Of a stretch of DNA of 64,000 nucleotides, positions 44,901 to 55,600 are shown piece by piece. The translations under genes were made by a program, and so were the position numbers. Below the pieces are notes generated by a model that had not been told where the DNA came from, did no database searches, and saw only the letters and a program-made list of their open reading frames with translations. The stretch is from the NCBI RefSeq assembly GCF_032444005.1, contig NC_091282.1:861738001-861802000 (forward strand), in the 5' to 3' direction. The first letter of the stretch is position 1. Every line of letters starts with the position of its first letter. Origin of the DNA: Ranitomeya imitator (taxonomy: Eukaryota).

Positions 44901-47683
44901 CCTGGGCTTTGCTAATTTTTATCGTCGCTTCATCTGTAATTTTTCTAGCATTGCCAGACCATTGACCGATTTGACCAAGAAGGGTGCTGATTTGGTTAAT
45001 TGGTCTTCTGCTGCCGTGGAAGCTTTTCAGGAGTTGAAGCGTCGTTTTTGCTGTGCCCCTGTGTTGTGTCAACCTGATGTTTCTCTTCCGTTCCAGGTCG
45101 AGGTTGATGCTTCTGAGATTGGTGCAGGGGCGGTTTTGTCACAGAGAGGTTCTGGTTGCTCAGTGTTCAAACCATGTGCTTTCTTTTCCAGGAAATTTTC
45201 TGCTGCTGAGCGTAATTATGATGTGGGCAACCGAGAGTTGCTGGCCATGAAGTGGGCATTCGAGGAGTGGCGTCATTGGCTTGAGGGTGCTAAGCATCGC
45301 GTGGTGGTATTGACTGATCATAAGAACTTGACTTATCTCGAGTCTGCCAAGCGCTTGAATCCTAGACAGGCCCGTTGGTCGTTATTTTTTGCTCGTTTTG
45401 ATTTTGTGATTTCATACCTTCCGGGCTCTAAAAATGTGAAGGCGGATGCTCTGTCTAGGAGTTTTGTGCCCGACTCTCCGGGGTTATCTGAGCCGGCGAG
45501 TATCCTCAAGGAAGGAGTCATTGTGTCTGCCATCTCCCCTGATTTGCGGAGAGTGTTGCAGAAATTTCAGGCTAATAAACCTGATCGTTGTCCGGCCGAG
45601 AAACTGTTCGTCCCTGATAGGTGGACTAGTAAAGTTATCTCTGAACTTCATTGTTCGGTGCTGGCCGGTCATCCAGGAATCTTTGGTACCAGGGAGTTGG
45701 TTGCTAGATCCTTCTGGTGGCCATCTCTGTCACGGGATGTGCGTGCTTTTGTGCAGTCCTGTGGAATTTGTGCTAGGGCTAAGCCCTGCTGTTCACGTGC
45801 CAGTGGGTTGCTTTTGCCCTTGCCGGTCCCGAAGAGGCCTTGGACACATATTTCGATGGATTTCATTTCTGACCTTCCCGTTTCTCAAAAAATGTCGGTC
45901 ATTTGGGTGGTCTGTGATCGCTTTTCTAAAATGGTCCATCTGGTGCCCTTGGTTAAATTGCCTTCCTCCTCTGATTTGGTGCCTTTGTTCTTCCAGCATG
46001 TGGTTCGTTTACATGGCATTCCTGAGAATATTGTTTCTGACAGAGGTTCCCAGTTTGTCTCGAGGTTCTGGCGAGCCTTTTGTGGTAGGATGGGCATTGA
46101 CCTATCTTTCTCCTCGGCCTTCCATCCTCAGACTAATGGCCAGACCGAACGAACCAATCAGACCTTGGAAACATATCTGAGATGTTTTGTTTCCGCTGAC
46201 CAGGATGATTGGGTGTCATTTTTGCCGTTGGCTGAGTTCGCCCTTAATAATCGGGCCAGCTCGGCTACCTTGGTCTCTCCATTTTTCTGCAATTCTGGGT
46301 TCCATCCTCGTTTCTCTTCAGGACAGGTTGAGTCTTCGGACTGTCCTGGTGTGGATTCTGTGGTGGACAGGTTGCAGCAGATCTGGACTCAGGTAGTGGA
46401 CAATTTGACCTTGTCCCAGGAGAAGGCTCAGCTTTTCGCTAATCGCAGACGCCGTGTGGGACCCCGACTTCGTGTTGGGGATTTGGTTTGGTTATCTTCT
46501 CGTCATATTCCTATGAAGGTTTCCTCTCCTAAATTTAAACCTCGTTTTATTGGTCCGTATAGGATTTCTGAGATTCTCAATCCGGTGTCTTTTCGTCTGA
46601 CCCTCCCAGACTCCTTTTCCATACATAATGTATTCCATAGGTCGTTGTTGAGGAGATACGTGGCACCTATGGTTCCATCTGTGGAGCCTCCTGCCCCTGT
46701 TTTGGTGGAGGGGGAATTGGAGTATATTGTGGAGAAGATTTTGGATTCTCGTGTCTCTAGACGGAAACTCCAGTATCTGGTCAAATGGAAGGGTTATGCT
46801 CAGGAAGATAATTCCTGGGTTTTTGCCTCTGATGTCCATGCCCCAGATCTTGTTCGTGCCTTTCATGTGGCTCATCCTGGTCGGCCTGGGGGTTCTGGTG
46901 AGGGTTCGGTGACCCCTCCTCAAGGGGGGGGTACTGTTGTGAATTCTGTGCCTGAGTTCACTTCTGTGGTCACAAGTGGTATTGCAGTCTCTGGGCTTCC
47001 TCCCTCAGGTGTTTTGGTGAGCTCGTTGGCTGCCTTGCTATTTAGCTCCACCTGAGTCTGTCTTCCTTGCTCCTTGTCAATGTTCCAGTGTTGGATCTGA
47101 GCTACTGCATCTTTCCTTGGGCCTGCTGCTCTGCTAGATAAGTGCTTCTAGTTTGTTTTCTGTTTTTTTCTGTCCAGCTTGCTATTGTCTTTTTCTGGAA
47201 GCTCTGAGAAGCAGAGGGGTGCACCGCCGTGCTGTTAGTTCGGCACGGTGGGTCTTTTGCCCCTTTGCGTGGTTTTCGTTTTAGGGTTTTTTGTAGACTG
47301 CATAGTTCTCTTTGCTATCCTCGCTCTGTCTAGAATATCGGGCCTCACTTTGCTGAATCTATTTCATTCCTACGTTTGTCTTTTCATCTTGCTAACAGTC
47401 ATTATATGTGGGGGGCTGCCTATTCCTTTGGGGTATTTCTCTGAGGTAAGTCAGGCTTGTATTTCTATCTTCAGGCTAGTCAGCTCCTCAGGCAGTGCCG
47501 AGTTGCATAGGTAGTTGTTAGGCGCAATCCACTGCTGCTTATAGTTGTGTGAGGATAGATCAGGTACTGCAGTCTACAGAGATTCCACGTCTCAGAGCTC
47601 GTCCTGTTGTTTTTGGTTGTTGCCAGATCTCTGTGTGTGCGCTGATTACTGCACGCTGTGTTGCCTGATTGCCAGCCATAACA
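41993..47683 (+). mobile_element. Full-length Ty3/Gypsy chromovirus-type LTR retrotransposon (Tf1/sushi-like)
   Basis: LTRs 41993-42741 and 46935-47683 (749 bp each, TG..CA, 2 differences seen), 6-bp TSD CATAAC, PPT AAGGGGGGGG at 46922-46931. Confidence 0.97.
42760..47055 (+). CDS. Single uninterrupted Gag-Pol polyprotein (Gag, CCHC knuckle, protease, RT, RNase H, integrase, chromodomain)
   Basis: CFYCGDSTHAISNC; FVDSGA; YLDDILIF; HCSVLAGHPG..CGIC; ISMDF, SDRGSQF, QTER; EKILDSR..YLVKWKGY. First ATG after the PBS is at 42760 (alternative 42874). The stop lies inside the 3' LTR. Confidence 0.95.
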   Translation: MIPNRGKKEILTSFFFLSSVFSLFFPLDIRVLQDTAVDMDIQALCSSMDNLVVNVQKIQDTIDQKSMLEPRIPIPDLFFGDRTKFLSFRNNCKLFLALKPHSSGNPIQQVLIIISFLRGDPQDWAFSLAPGDPALSNVDAFFLALGLLYDEPNSVDQAEKNLLALCQGQDDVEVYCQKFRKWSVLTLWNESALAALFRKGLSEALKDVMVGFPMPAGLNESMSLAIQIGRRLRERKSVHHLAVLPESKPEPMQCDRTMTKVERQEHRRLNRLCFYCGDSTHAISNCPKRTRRFDSSAVIGTVQSKFLLSITLMCSLSSYSVMAFVDSGAALNLMDLDYAKRCGFFLEPLRCPIPLRGIDATPLAKNKPQYWAQLTMCMAPAHQEVIRFLVLHNLHDVVVLGLPWLQTHNPVLDWNSMSVTSWGCQGVHGDVPFLSISSSIPSDIPEFLSDFQDVFEESKSDALPPHRNCDCAIDLIPGSKFPKGRLFNLSVPEHTAMRSYVKESLEKGHIRPSSSPLGAGFFFVAKKDGSLRPCIDYRLLNKITVKFQYPLPLISDLFARIKGASWFTKIDLRGAYNLVRIRQGDEWKTAFNTPEGHFEYLVMPFGLANAPSVFQSFMHDIFREYLDKFLIVYLDDILIFSDDWESHVKQVRMVFQVLRANSLFVKGSKCLFGVQKVSFLGFIFSPSTIEMDPVKVQAIQDWTQPTSLKSLQKFLGFANFYRRFICNFSSIARPLTDLTKKGADLVNWSSAAVEAFQELKRRFCCAPVLCQPDVSLPFQVEVDASEIGAGAVLSQRGSGCSVFKPCAFFSRKFSAAERNYDVGNRELLAMKWAFEEWRHWLEGAKHRVVVLTDHKNLTYLESAKRLNPRQARWSLFFARFDFVISYLPGSKNVKADALSRSFVPDSPGLSEPASILKEGVIVSAISPDLRRVLQKFQANKPDRCPAEKLFVPDRWTSKVISELHCSVLAGHPGIFGTRELVARSFWWPSLSRDVRAFVQSCGICARAKPCCSRASGLLLPLPVPKRPWTHISMDFISDLPVSQKMSVIWVVCDRFSKMVHLVPLVKLPSSSDLVPLFFQHVVRLHGIPENIVSDRGSQFVSRFWRAFCGRMGIDLSFSSAFHPQTNGQTERTNQTLETYLRCFVSADQDDWVSFLPLAEFALNNRASSATLVSPFFCNSGFHPRFSSGQVESSDCPGVDSVVDRLQQIWTQVVDNLTLSQEKAQLFANRRRRVGPRLRVGDLVWLSSRHIPMKVSSPKFKPRFIGPYRISEILNPVSFRLTLPDSFSIHNVFHRSLLRRYVAPMVPSVEPPAPVLVEGELEYIVEKILDSRVSRRKLQYLVKWKGYAQEDNSWVFASDVHAPDLVRAFHVAHPGRPGGSGEGSVTPPQGGGTVVNSVPEFTSVVTSGIAVSGLPPSGVLVSSLAALLFSST

Positions 47684-47851
47684 CATAACTGCATGGAGCA
47701 TTATATGGGGCATCTATGGGGCCATAACTGCATGGAGCATTATACTATGTGACTGGGCAAAATACTACGTGACTGGGCAATATACTACGTGGACATGCAT
47801 ATTCTAGAATACCCGATGCATTAGAATCGGGCCACCATCTAGTTTAATATA

Positions 47852-49457
47852 CAGTGGGGCAAAAAAGTATTTAGTCAGTCAGCAATAGTGCAAGTTCCAC
47901 CACTTAAAAAGATGAGAGGCGTCTGTAATTTACATCATAGGTAGACCTCAACTATGGGAGACAAACTGAGAAAAAAAAATCCAGAAAATCACATTGTCTG
48001 TTTTTTTAACAATTTATTTGCATATTATGGTGGAAAATAAGTATTTGGTCAGAAACAAAATTTCATCTCAATACTTTGTAATATATCCTTTGTTGGCAAT
48101 GACAGAGGTCAAACGTTTTCTGTAAGTCTTCACAAGGTTGCCACACACTGTTGTTGGTATTGTGGCCCATTCCTCCATGCAGATCTCCTCTAGAGCAGTG
48201 ATGTTTTTGGCTTTTCGCTTGGCAACACGGACTTTCAACTCCCTCCAAAGGTTTTCTATAGGGTTGAGATCTGGAGACTGGCTAGGCCACTCCAGGACCT
48301 TGAAATGCTTCTTACGAAGCCACTCCTTCGTTGCCCTGGCGGTGTGCTTTGGATCATTGTCATGTTGAAAGACCCAGCCACGTTTCATCTTCAATGCCCT
48401 TGCTGATGGAAGGAGGTTTGCACTCAAAATCTCACGCTACATGGCCCCATTCATTCTTTCATGTACCCGGATCAGTCGTCCTGGCCCCTTTGCAGAGAAA
48501 CAGCCCCAAAGCATGATGTTTCCACCACCATGCTTTACAGTAGGTATGGTGTTTGATGGATGCAACTCAGTATTCTTTTTCCTCCAAACACGACAAGTTG
48601 TGTTTCTACCAAACAGTTCCAGTTTGGTTTCATCAGACCATAGGACATTCTCCCAAAACTCCTCTGGATCATCCAAATGCTCTCTAGCAAACTTCAGACG
48701 GGCCCGGACATGTACTGGCTTAAGCAGTGGGACACGTCTGGCACTGCAGGAGCTGAGTCCATGGTGGTGTAGTGTGTTACTTATGGTAGGCCTTGTTACA
48801 TTGGTCCCAGCTCTCTGCAGTTCATTCACTAGGTCCCCCCGTGTGGTTCTGGGATTTTTGCTCACCGTTCTTGTGATCATTCTGACCCCACGGGGTGGGA
48901 TTTTGCGTGGAGCCCCAGATCGAGGGAGATTATCAGTGGTCTTGTATGTCTTCCATTTTCTAATTATTGCTCCCACTGTTGATTTCTTCACTCCAAGCTG
49001 GTTGGCTATTGCAGATTCAGTCTTCCCAGCCTGGTGCAGGGCTACAATTTTGTTTCTGGTGTCCTTTGACAGCTCTTTGGTCTTCACCATAGTGGAGTTT
49101 GGAGTCAGACTGTTTGAGGGTGTGCACAGGTGTCTTTTTATACTGATAACAAGTTTAAACAGGTGCCATTACTACAGGTAATGAGTGGAGGAAAGAGGAG
49201 ACTCTTAAAGAAGAAGTTACAGGTCTGTGAGAGCCAGAAATCTTGATTGTTTGTTTCTGACCAAATACTTATTTTCCACCATAATATGCAAATAAATTGT
49301 TAAAAAAACAGACAATGTGATTTTCTGGATTTTTTTTTCTCAGTTTGTCTCCCATAGTTGAGGTCTACCTATGATGTAAATTACAGACGCCTCTCATCTT
49401 TTTAAGTGGTGGAACTTGCACTATTGCTGACTGACTAAATACTTTTTTGCCCCACTG
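47852..49457 (-). mobile_element. Young full-length Tc1 transposon (1606 bp)
   Basis: TA TSD; ~207-bp TIRs starting CAGTGGGGCAAAAAAGTATTTAG that appear identical. Confidence 0.97.
48068..49090 (-). pseudogene. Tc1 DD34E transposase, 340 codons with one in-frame TAG
   Basis: The two ORF-track calls are in the same frame, separated only by TAG at 48437-48439. Motifs [13 protein letters not shown] and LNPIE with 34-residue D-E spacing. Confidence 0.93.
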
Positions 49458-49689
49458 TATCATTGATTAGGGGTATTTTTTATCTCTTATTTTATTTAAT
49501 ATTTATATATATTTTTTTTTTTATTTATGTTATGGGGACATATGATTTTGTATTTATTTGATTTGTTACCTTGGTATGTGCATGTGTGTGCGTACACGCA
49601 TGTATGTTTATGCATGCTCGGTTATGTGTATGTATGCACGTGCATATATGGATGGATGGGGATGTGTGTGTGTGTGTGTGTATGTACAC

Positions 49690-52600
49690 AGCTCTGTGTC
49701 TGCAGCTGCTCTCCTGCTATATATTGCCTCTGTCTGCAGCTGCTCTCCTGCTATATATTGCCTCTGTCTGCAGCTGTTCTCCTGCTATATATTGCCTCTG
49801 TCTGCAGCTGTTCTCCTGCTATATATTGCCTCTGTGTCTGCAGCTGTTCTCCTGCTATATATTGCCTCTGTGTCTGCAGCTGTTCTCCTGCTATATATTG
49901 CCTCTGTCTGCAGCTGTTCTCCTGCTATATATTGCCTCTGTGTCTGCAGCTGTTCTCCTGCTATATATTGCCTCTGTGTCTGCAGCTGTTCTTCTGCTAT
50001 ATATTGCCTCTGTCTGCAGCTGTTCTCCTGCTATATATGGCCTCTGTGTCTGCAGCTGTTCTCCGGCTATATATTGCCTCTGTCTGCAGCTGCTCTCCTG
50101 CTATATATTGCCTCTGTGTCTGCAGCTGTTCTCCTGCTATATATTGCCTCTGTGTCTGCAGCTGTTCTCCTGCTATATATTGCCTGTGTCTGCAGCTGTT
50201 CTCCTGCTATATATTGCCTCTGTCTGCAGCTGTTCTCCTGCTATATATTGCCTCTGTCTGCAGCTGTTCTCCTGCTGTATATTGCCTCTGTCTGCAGCTG
50301 TTCTCCTGCTATATATTGCCTCTGTCTGCAGCTGTTCTCCTGCTATATATTGCCTCTGTGTCTGCAGCTGTTCTCCTGCTATATATTGCCTCTGTGTCTG
50401 CAGCTGTTCTCCTGCTATATATTGCCTGTGTCTGCAGCTGTTCTCCTGCTATATATTGCCTCTGTCTGCAGCTGTTCTCCTGCTATATATTGCCTCTGTC
50501 TGCAGCTGTTCTCCTGCTATATATTGCCTCTGTGTCTGCAGCTGTTCTCCTGCTATATATTGCCTCTGTCTGCAGCTGTTCTCCTGCTATATATTGCCTC
50601 TGTGTCTGCAGCTGTTCTCCTGCTATATATTGCCTCTGTCTGCAGCTGTTCTCCTGCTATATATTGCCTCTGTCTGCAGCTGTTCTCCTGCTATATATTG
50701 CCTCTGTGTCTGCAGCTGTTCTCCTGCTATATATTGCCTCTGTCTGCAGCTGCTCTCCTGCTATATATTGCCTCTGTCTGCAGCTGTTCTCCTGCTATAT
50801 ATTACCTCTGTCTGCAGCTGTTCTCCTGCTGTATATTGCCTCTGTCTGCAGCTGTTCTCCTGCTATATATTGCCTCTGTCTGCAGCTGTTCTTCTGCTAT
50901 ATATTGCCTCTGTCTGCAGCTGTTCTCCTGCTATATATTGCCTCTGTCTGCAGCTGTTCTCCTGCTATATATTGCCTCTGTGTCTGCAGCTGCTCTCCTG
51001 CTATATATTGCCTCTGTGTCTGCAGCTGTTCTCCTGCTATATATTACCTCTGTCTGCAGCTGTTCTCCTGCTATATATTGCCTCTGTCTGCAGCTGTTCT
51101 CCTGCTATATATTGCCTCTGTGTCTGCAGCTGGTCTCCTGCTATATATTGCCTCTGTCTGCAGCTGTTCTCCTGCTATATATTGCCTCTGTGTCTGCAGC
51201 TGTTCTCCGGCTATATATTGCCTCTGTCTGCAGCTGTTCTCCTGCTATATATTGCCTCTGTCTGCAGCTGTTCTCCTGCTATATATTGCCTCTGTCTGCA
51301 GCTGTTTTCCGGCTATATATTGCCTGTGTCTGCAGCTGTTCTCCGGCTATATATTGCCTCTGTCTGCAGCTGTTCTTCTGCTATATATTGCCTCTGTCTG
51401 CAGCTGTTCTTCTGCTATATATTGCCTCTGTCTGCAGCTGTTCTCCTGCTATATATTGCCTCTGTCTGCAGCTGTTCTCCTGCTATATATTGCCTCTGTG
51501 TCTGCAGCTGTTCTCCTGCTATATATTGCCTCTGTCTGCAGCTGTTCTCCTGCTATATATTGCCTCTGTCTGCAGCTGTTCTCCTGCTATATATTGCCTC
51601 TGTCTGCAGCTGTTCTCCTGCTATATATTGCCTGTGTCTGCAGCTGTTCTCCTGCTATATATTGCCTCTGTCTGCAGCTGTTCTCCTGCTATATATTGCC
51701 TCTGTCTGCAGCTGTTCTCCTGCTATATATTGCCTCTGTGTCTGCAGCTGTTCTCCTGCTATATATTGCCTCTGTGTCTGCAGCTGTTCTCCTGCTATAT
51801 ATTGCCTGTGTCTGCAGCTGTTCTCCTGCTATATATTGCCTCTGTCTGCAGCTGTTCTCCTGCTATATATTGCCTCTGTGTGCAGCTGTTCTCCTGCTAT
51901 ATATTGCCTCTGTGTCTGCAGCTGTTCTCCTGCTATATATTGCCTCTGTCTGCAGCTGTTCTCCTGCTATATATTGCCTCTGTGTCTGCAGCTGTTCTTC
52001 TGCTATATATTGCCTCTGTCTGCAGCTGTTCTCCTGCTATATATTGCCTCTGTCTGCAGCTGTTCTCCTGCTATATATTGCCTCTGTGTCTGCAGCTGTT
52101 CTCCTGCTATATATTGCCTCTGTCTGCAGCTGCTCTCCTGCTATATATTGCCTCTGTCTGCAGCTGTTCTCCTGCTATATATTACCTCTGTCTGCAGCTG
52201 TTCTCCTGCTGTATATTGCCTCTGTCTGCAGCTGTTCTCCTGCTATATATTGCCTCTGTCTGCAGCTGTTCTCCTGCTATATATTGCCTCTGTGTCTGCA
52301 GCTGCTCTCCTGCTATATATTGCCTCTGTGTCTGCAGCTGTTCTCCTGCTATATATTACCTCTGTCTGCAGCTGTTCTCCTGCTATATATTACCTCTGTG
52401 TCTGCAGCTGGTCTCCTGCTATATATTGCCTCTGTCTGCAGCTGTTCTCCTGCTATATATTGCCTCTGTGTCTGCAGCTGTTCTCCGGCTATATATTGCC
52501 TCTGTGTCTGCAGCTGGTCTCCTGCTATATATTGCCTCTGTCTGCAGCTGTTCTCCTGCTATATATTGCCTCTGTGTCTGCAGCTGGTCTCCTGCTATAT

Positions 52601-55600
52601 ATTGCCTCTGTCTGCAGCTGTTCTCCTGCTATATATTGCCTCTGTGTCTGCAGCTGTTCTCCGGCTATATATTGCCTCTGTCTGCAGCTGTTCTCCTGCT
52701 ATATATTGCCTCTGTCTGCAGCTGTTCTCCTGCTATATATTGCCTCTGTCTGCAGCTGTTTTCCGGCTATATATTGCCTGTGTCTGCAGCTGTTCTCCGG
52801 CTATATATTGCCTCTGTCTGCAGCTGTTCTTCTGCTATATATTGCCTCTGTCTGCAGCTGTTCTTCTGCTATATATTGCCTCTGTCTGCAGCTGTTCTCC
52901 TGCTATATATTGCCTCTGTCTGCAGCTGTTCTCCTGCTATATATTGCCTCTGTGTCTGCAGCTGTTCTCCTGCTATATATTGCCTCTGTCTGCAGCTGTT
53001 CTCCTGCTATATATTGCCTCTGTCTGCAGCTGTTCTCCTGCTATATATTGCCTCTGTCTGCAGCTGTTCTCCTGCTATATATTGCCTCTGTGTCTGCAGC
53101 TGTTCTCCGGCTATATATTGCCTCTGTCTGCAGCTGTTCTCCTGCTATATATTGCCTCTGTGTCTGCAGCTGTTCTCCTGCTATATATTGCCTCTGTCTG
53201 CAGCTGTTCTCCTGCTATATATTGCCTCTGTCTGCAGCTGTTCTCCTGCTATATATTGCCTCTGTGTCTGCAGCTGTTCTCCGGCTATATATTGCCTCTG
53301 TCTGCAGCTGTTCTCCTGCTATATATTGCCTCTGTGTCTGCAGCTGTTCTCCTGCTATATATTGCCTCTGTCTGCAGCTGCTCTCCTGCTATATATTGCC
53401 TCTGTCTGCAGCTGTTCTCCTGCTATATATTGCCTCTGTCTGCAGCTGTTCTCCTGCTATATATTGCCTCTGTCTGCAGCTGTTCTCCTGCTATATATTG
53501 CCTCTGTGTCTGCAGCTGTTCTCCTGCTATATATTGCCTCTGTCTGCAGCTGTTCTCCTGCTATATATTGCCTCTGTGTCTGCAGCTGTTCTCCTGCTAT
53601 ATATTGCCTCTGTGTCTGCAGCTGTTCTTCTGCTATATATTGCCTCTGTCTGCAGCTGTTCTCCTGCTATATATTGCCTCTGTCTGCAGCTGTTCTCCTG
53701 CTATATATTGCCTCTGTGTCTGCAGCTGTTCTCCTGCTATATATTGCCTGTGTCTGCAGCTGTTCTCCTGCTATATATTGCCTCTGTCTGCAGCTGTTCT
53801 CCTGCTATATATTGCCTCTGTGTCTGCAGCTGTTCTTCTGCTATATATTGCCTCTGTCTGCAGCTGTTCTCCTGCTATATATTGCCTCTGTCTGCAGCTG
53901 TTCTCCTGCTATATATTGCCTCTGTGTCTGCAGCTGTTATCCTGCTATATATTGCCTCTGTGTCTGCAGCTGTTCTCCTGCTATATATTGCCTGTGTCTG
54001 CAGCTGTTCTCCTGCTATATATTGCCTCTGTCTGCAGCTGTTCTCTTGCTATATATTGCCTCTGTCTGCAGCTGTTCTCCTGCTGTATATTGCCTCTGTC
54101 TGCAGCTGTTCTCCTGCTATATATTGCCTCTGTCTGCAGCTGTTCTCCTGCTATATATTGCCTCTGTCTGCAGCTGTTCTCCTGCTATATATTGCCTCTG
54201 TGTCTGCAGCTGTTCTCCTGCTATATATTGCCTGTGTCTGCAGCTGTTCTCCTGCTATATATTGCCTCTGTCTGCAGCTGTTCTCCTGCTATATATTGCC
54301 TCTTTCTGCAGCTGTTCTCCTGCTATATATTGCCTCTGTGTCTGCAGCTGTTCTCCTGCTATATATTGCCTCTGTCTGCAGCTGTTCTCCTGCTATATAT
54401 TGCCTCTGTGTCTGCAGCTGTTCTCCTGCTATATATTGCCTCTGTCTGCAGCTGCTCTCCTGCTATATATTGCCTCTGTCTGCAGCTGTTCTCCTGCTAT
54501 ATATTACCTCTGTCTGCAGCTGTTCTCCTGCTGTATATTGCCTCTGTCTGCAGCTGTTCTCCTGCTGTATATTGCCTCTGTCTGCAGCTGTTCTCCTGCT
54601 GTATATTGCCTGTGTCTGCAGCTGTTCTCCTGCTGTATATTGCCTCTGTCTGCAGCTGTTCTCCTGCTATATATTGCCTCTGTCTGCAGCTGTTCTCCTG
54701 CTATATATTGCCTCTGTCTGCAGCTGTTCTCCTGCTATATATTGCCTCTGTCTGCAGCTGTTCTCCTGCTATATATTGCCTCTGTCTGCAGCTGTTCTCC
54801 TGCTATATATTGCCTCTGTCTGCAGCTGTTCTCCTGCTATATATTGCCTCTGTCTGCAGCTGTTCTCCTGCTATATATTGCCTCTGTGTCTGCAGCTGGT
54901 CTCCTGCTATATATTGCCTCTGTCTACAGCTGTTCTCCTGCTATATATTGCCTCTGTGTCTGCAGCTGTTCTCCGGCTATATATTGCCTCTGTCTGCAGC
55001 TGTTCTCCTGCTATATATTGCCTCTGTCTGCAGCTGTTCTCCTGCTATATATTGCCTCTGTCTGCAGCTGTTTTCCGGCTATATATTGCCTGTGTCTGCA
55101 GCTGTTCTCCTGCTATATATTGCCTCTGTCTGCAGCTGTTCTTCTGCTATATATTGCCTCTGTCTGCAGCTGTTCTCCTGCTATATATTGCCTCTGTCTG
55201 CAGCTGTTCTCCTGCTATATATTGCCTCTGTGTCTGCAGCTGTTCTCCGGCTATATATTGCCTCTGTCTGCAGCTGCTCTCCTGCTATATATTGCCTCTG
55301 TCTGCAGCTGTTCTCCTGCTATATATTGCCTCTGTGTCTGCAGCTGTTCTCCTGCTATATATTGCCTCTGTCTGCAGCTGTTCTCCTGCTATATATTGCC
55401 TCTGTGTCTGCAGCTGTTCTCCTGCTATATATTGCCTCTGTCTGCAGCTGTTCTCCTGCTATATATTGCCTCTGTCTGCAGCTGCTCTCCTGCTATATAT
55501 TGCCTCTGTCTGCAGCTGTTCTCCTGCTATATATTGCCTCTGTGTCTGCAGCTGTTCTCCTGCTATATATTGCCTCTGTCTGCAGCTGTTCTCCTGCTAT

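Larger units (their letters stand above)
41064..47842 (+). mobile_element. Non-autonomous Helitron-like element hosting the Gypsy insertion (left boundary uncertain)
   Basis: 3' hairpin CCCGAT/ATCGGG (47812-47831) followed by CTAG|T at 47839-47843; internal ~39-bp GGGGCCATAACTGCATGGAGCATTATAT minisatellite. Confidence 0.45.

Noticed and set aside
43336-49181. Antisense and alternate-frame ORFs over the Gypsy pol and Tc1 transposase (for example 45446-46180 and 48441-49181)
   Set aside because: Shadows of real coding frames with no independent motifs; the same applies to ORFs overlapping the Harbinger genes.
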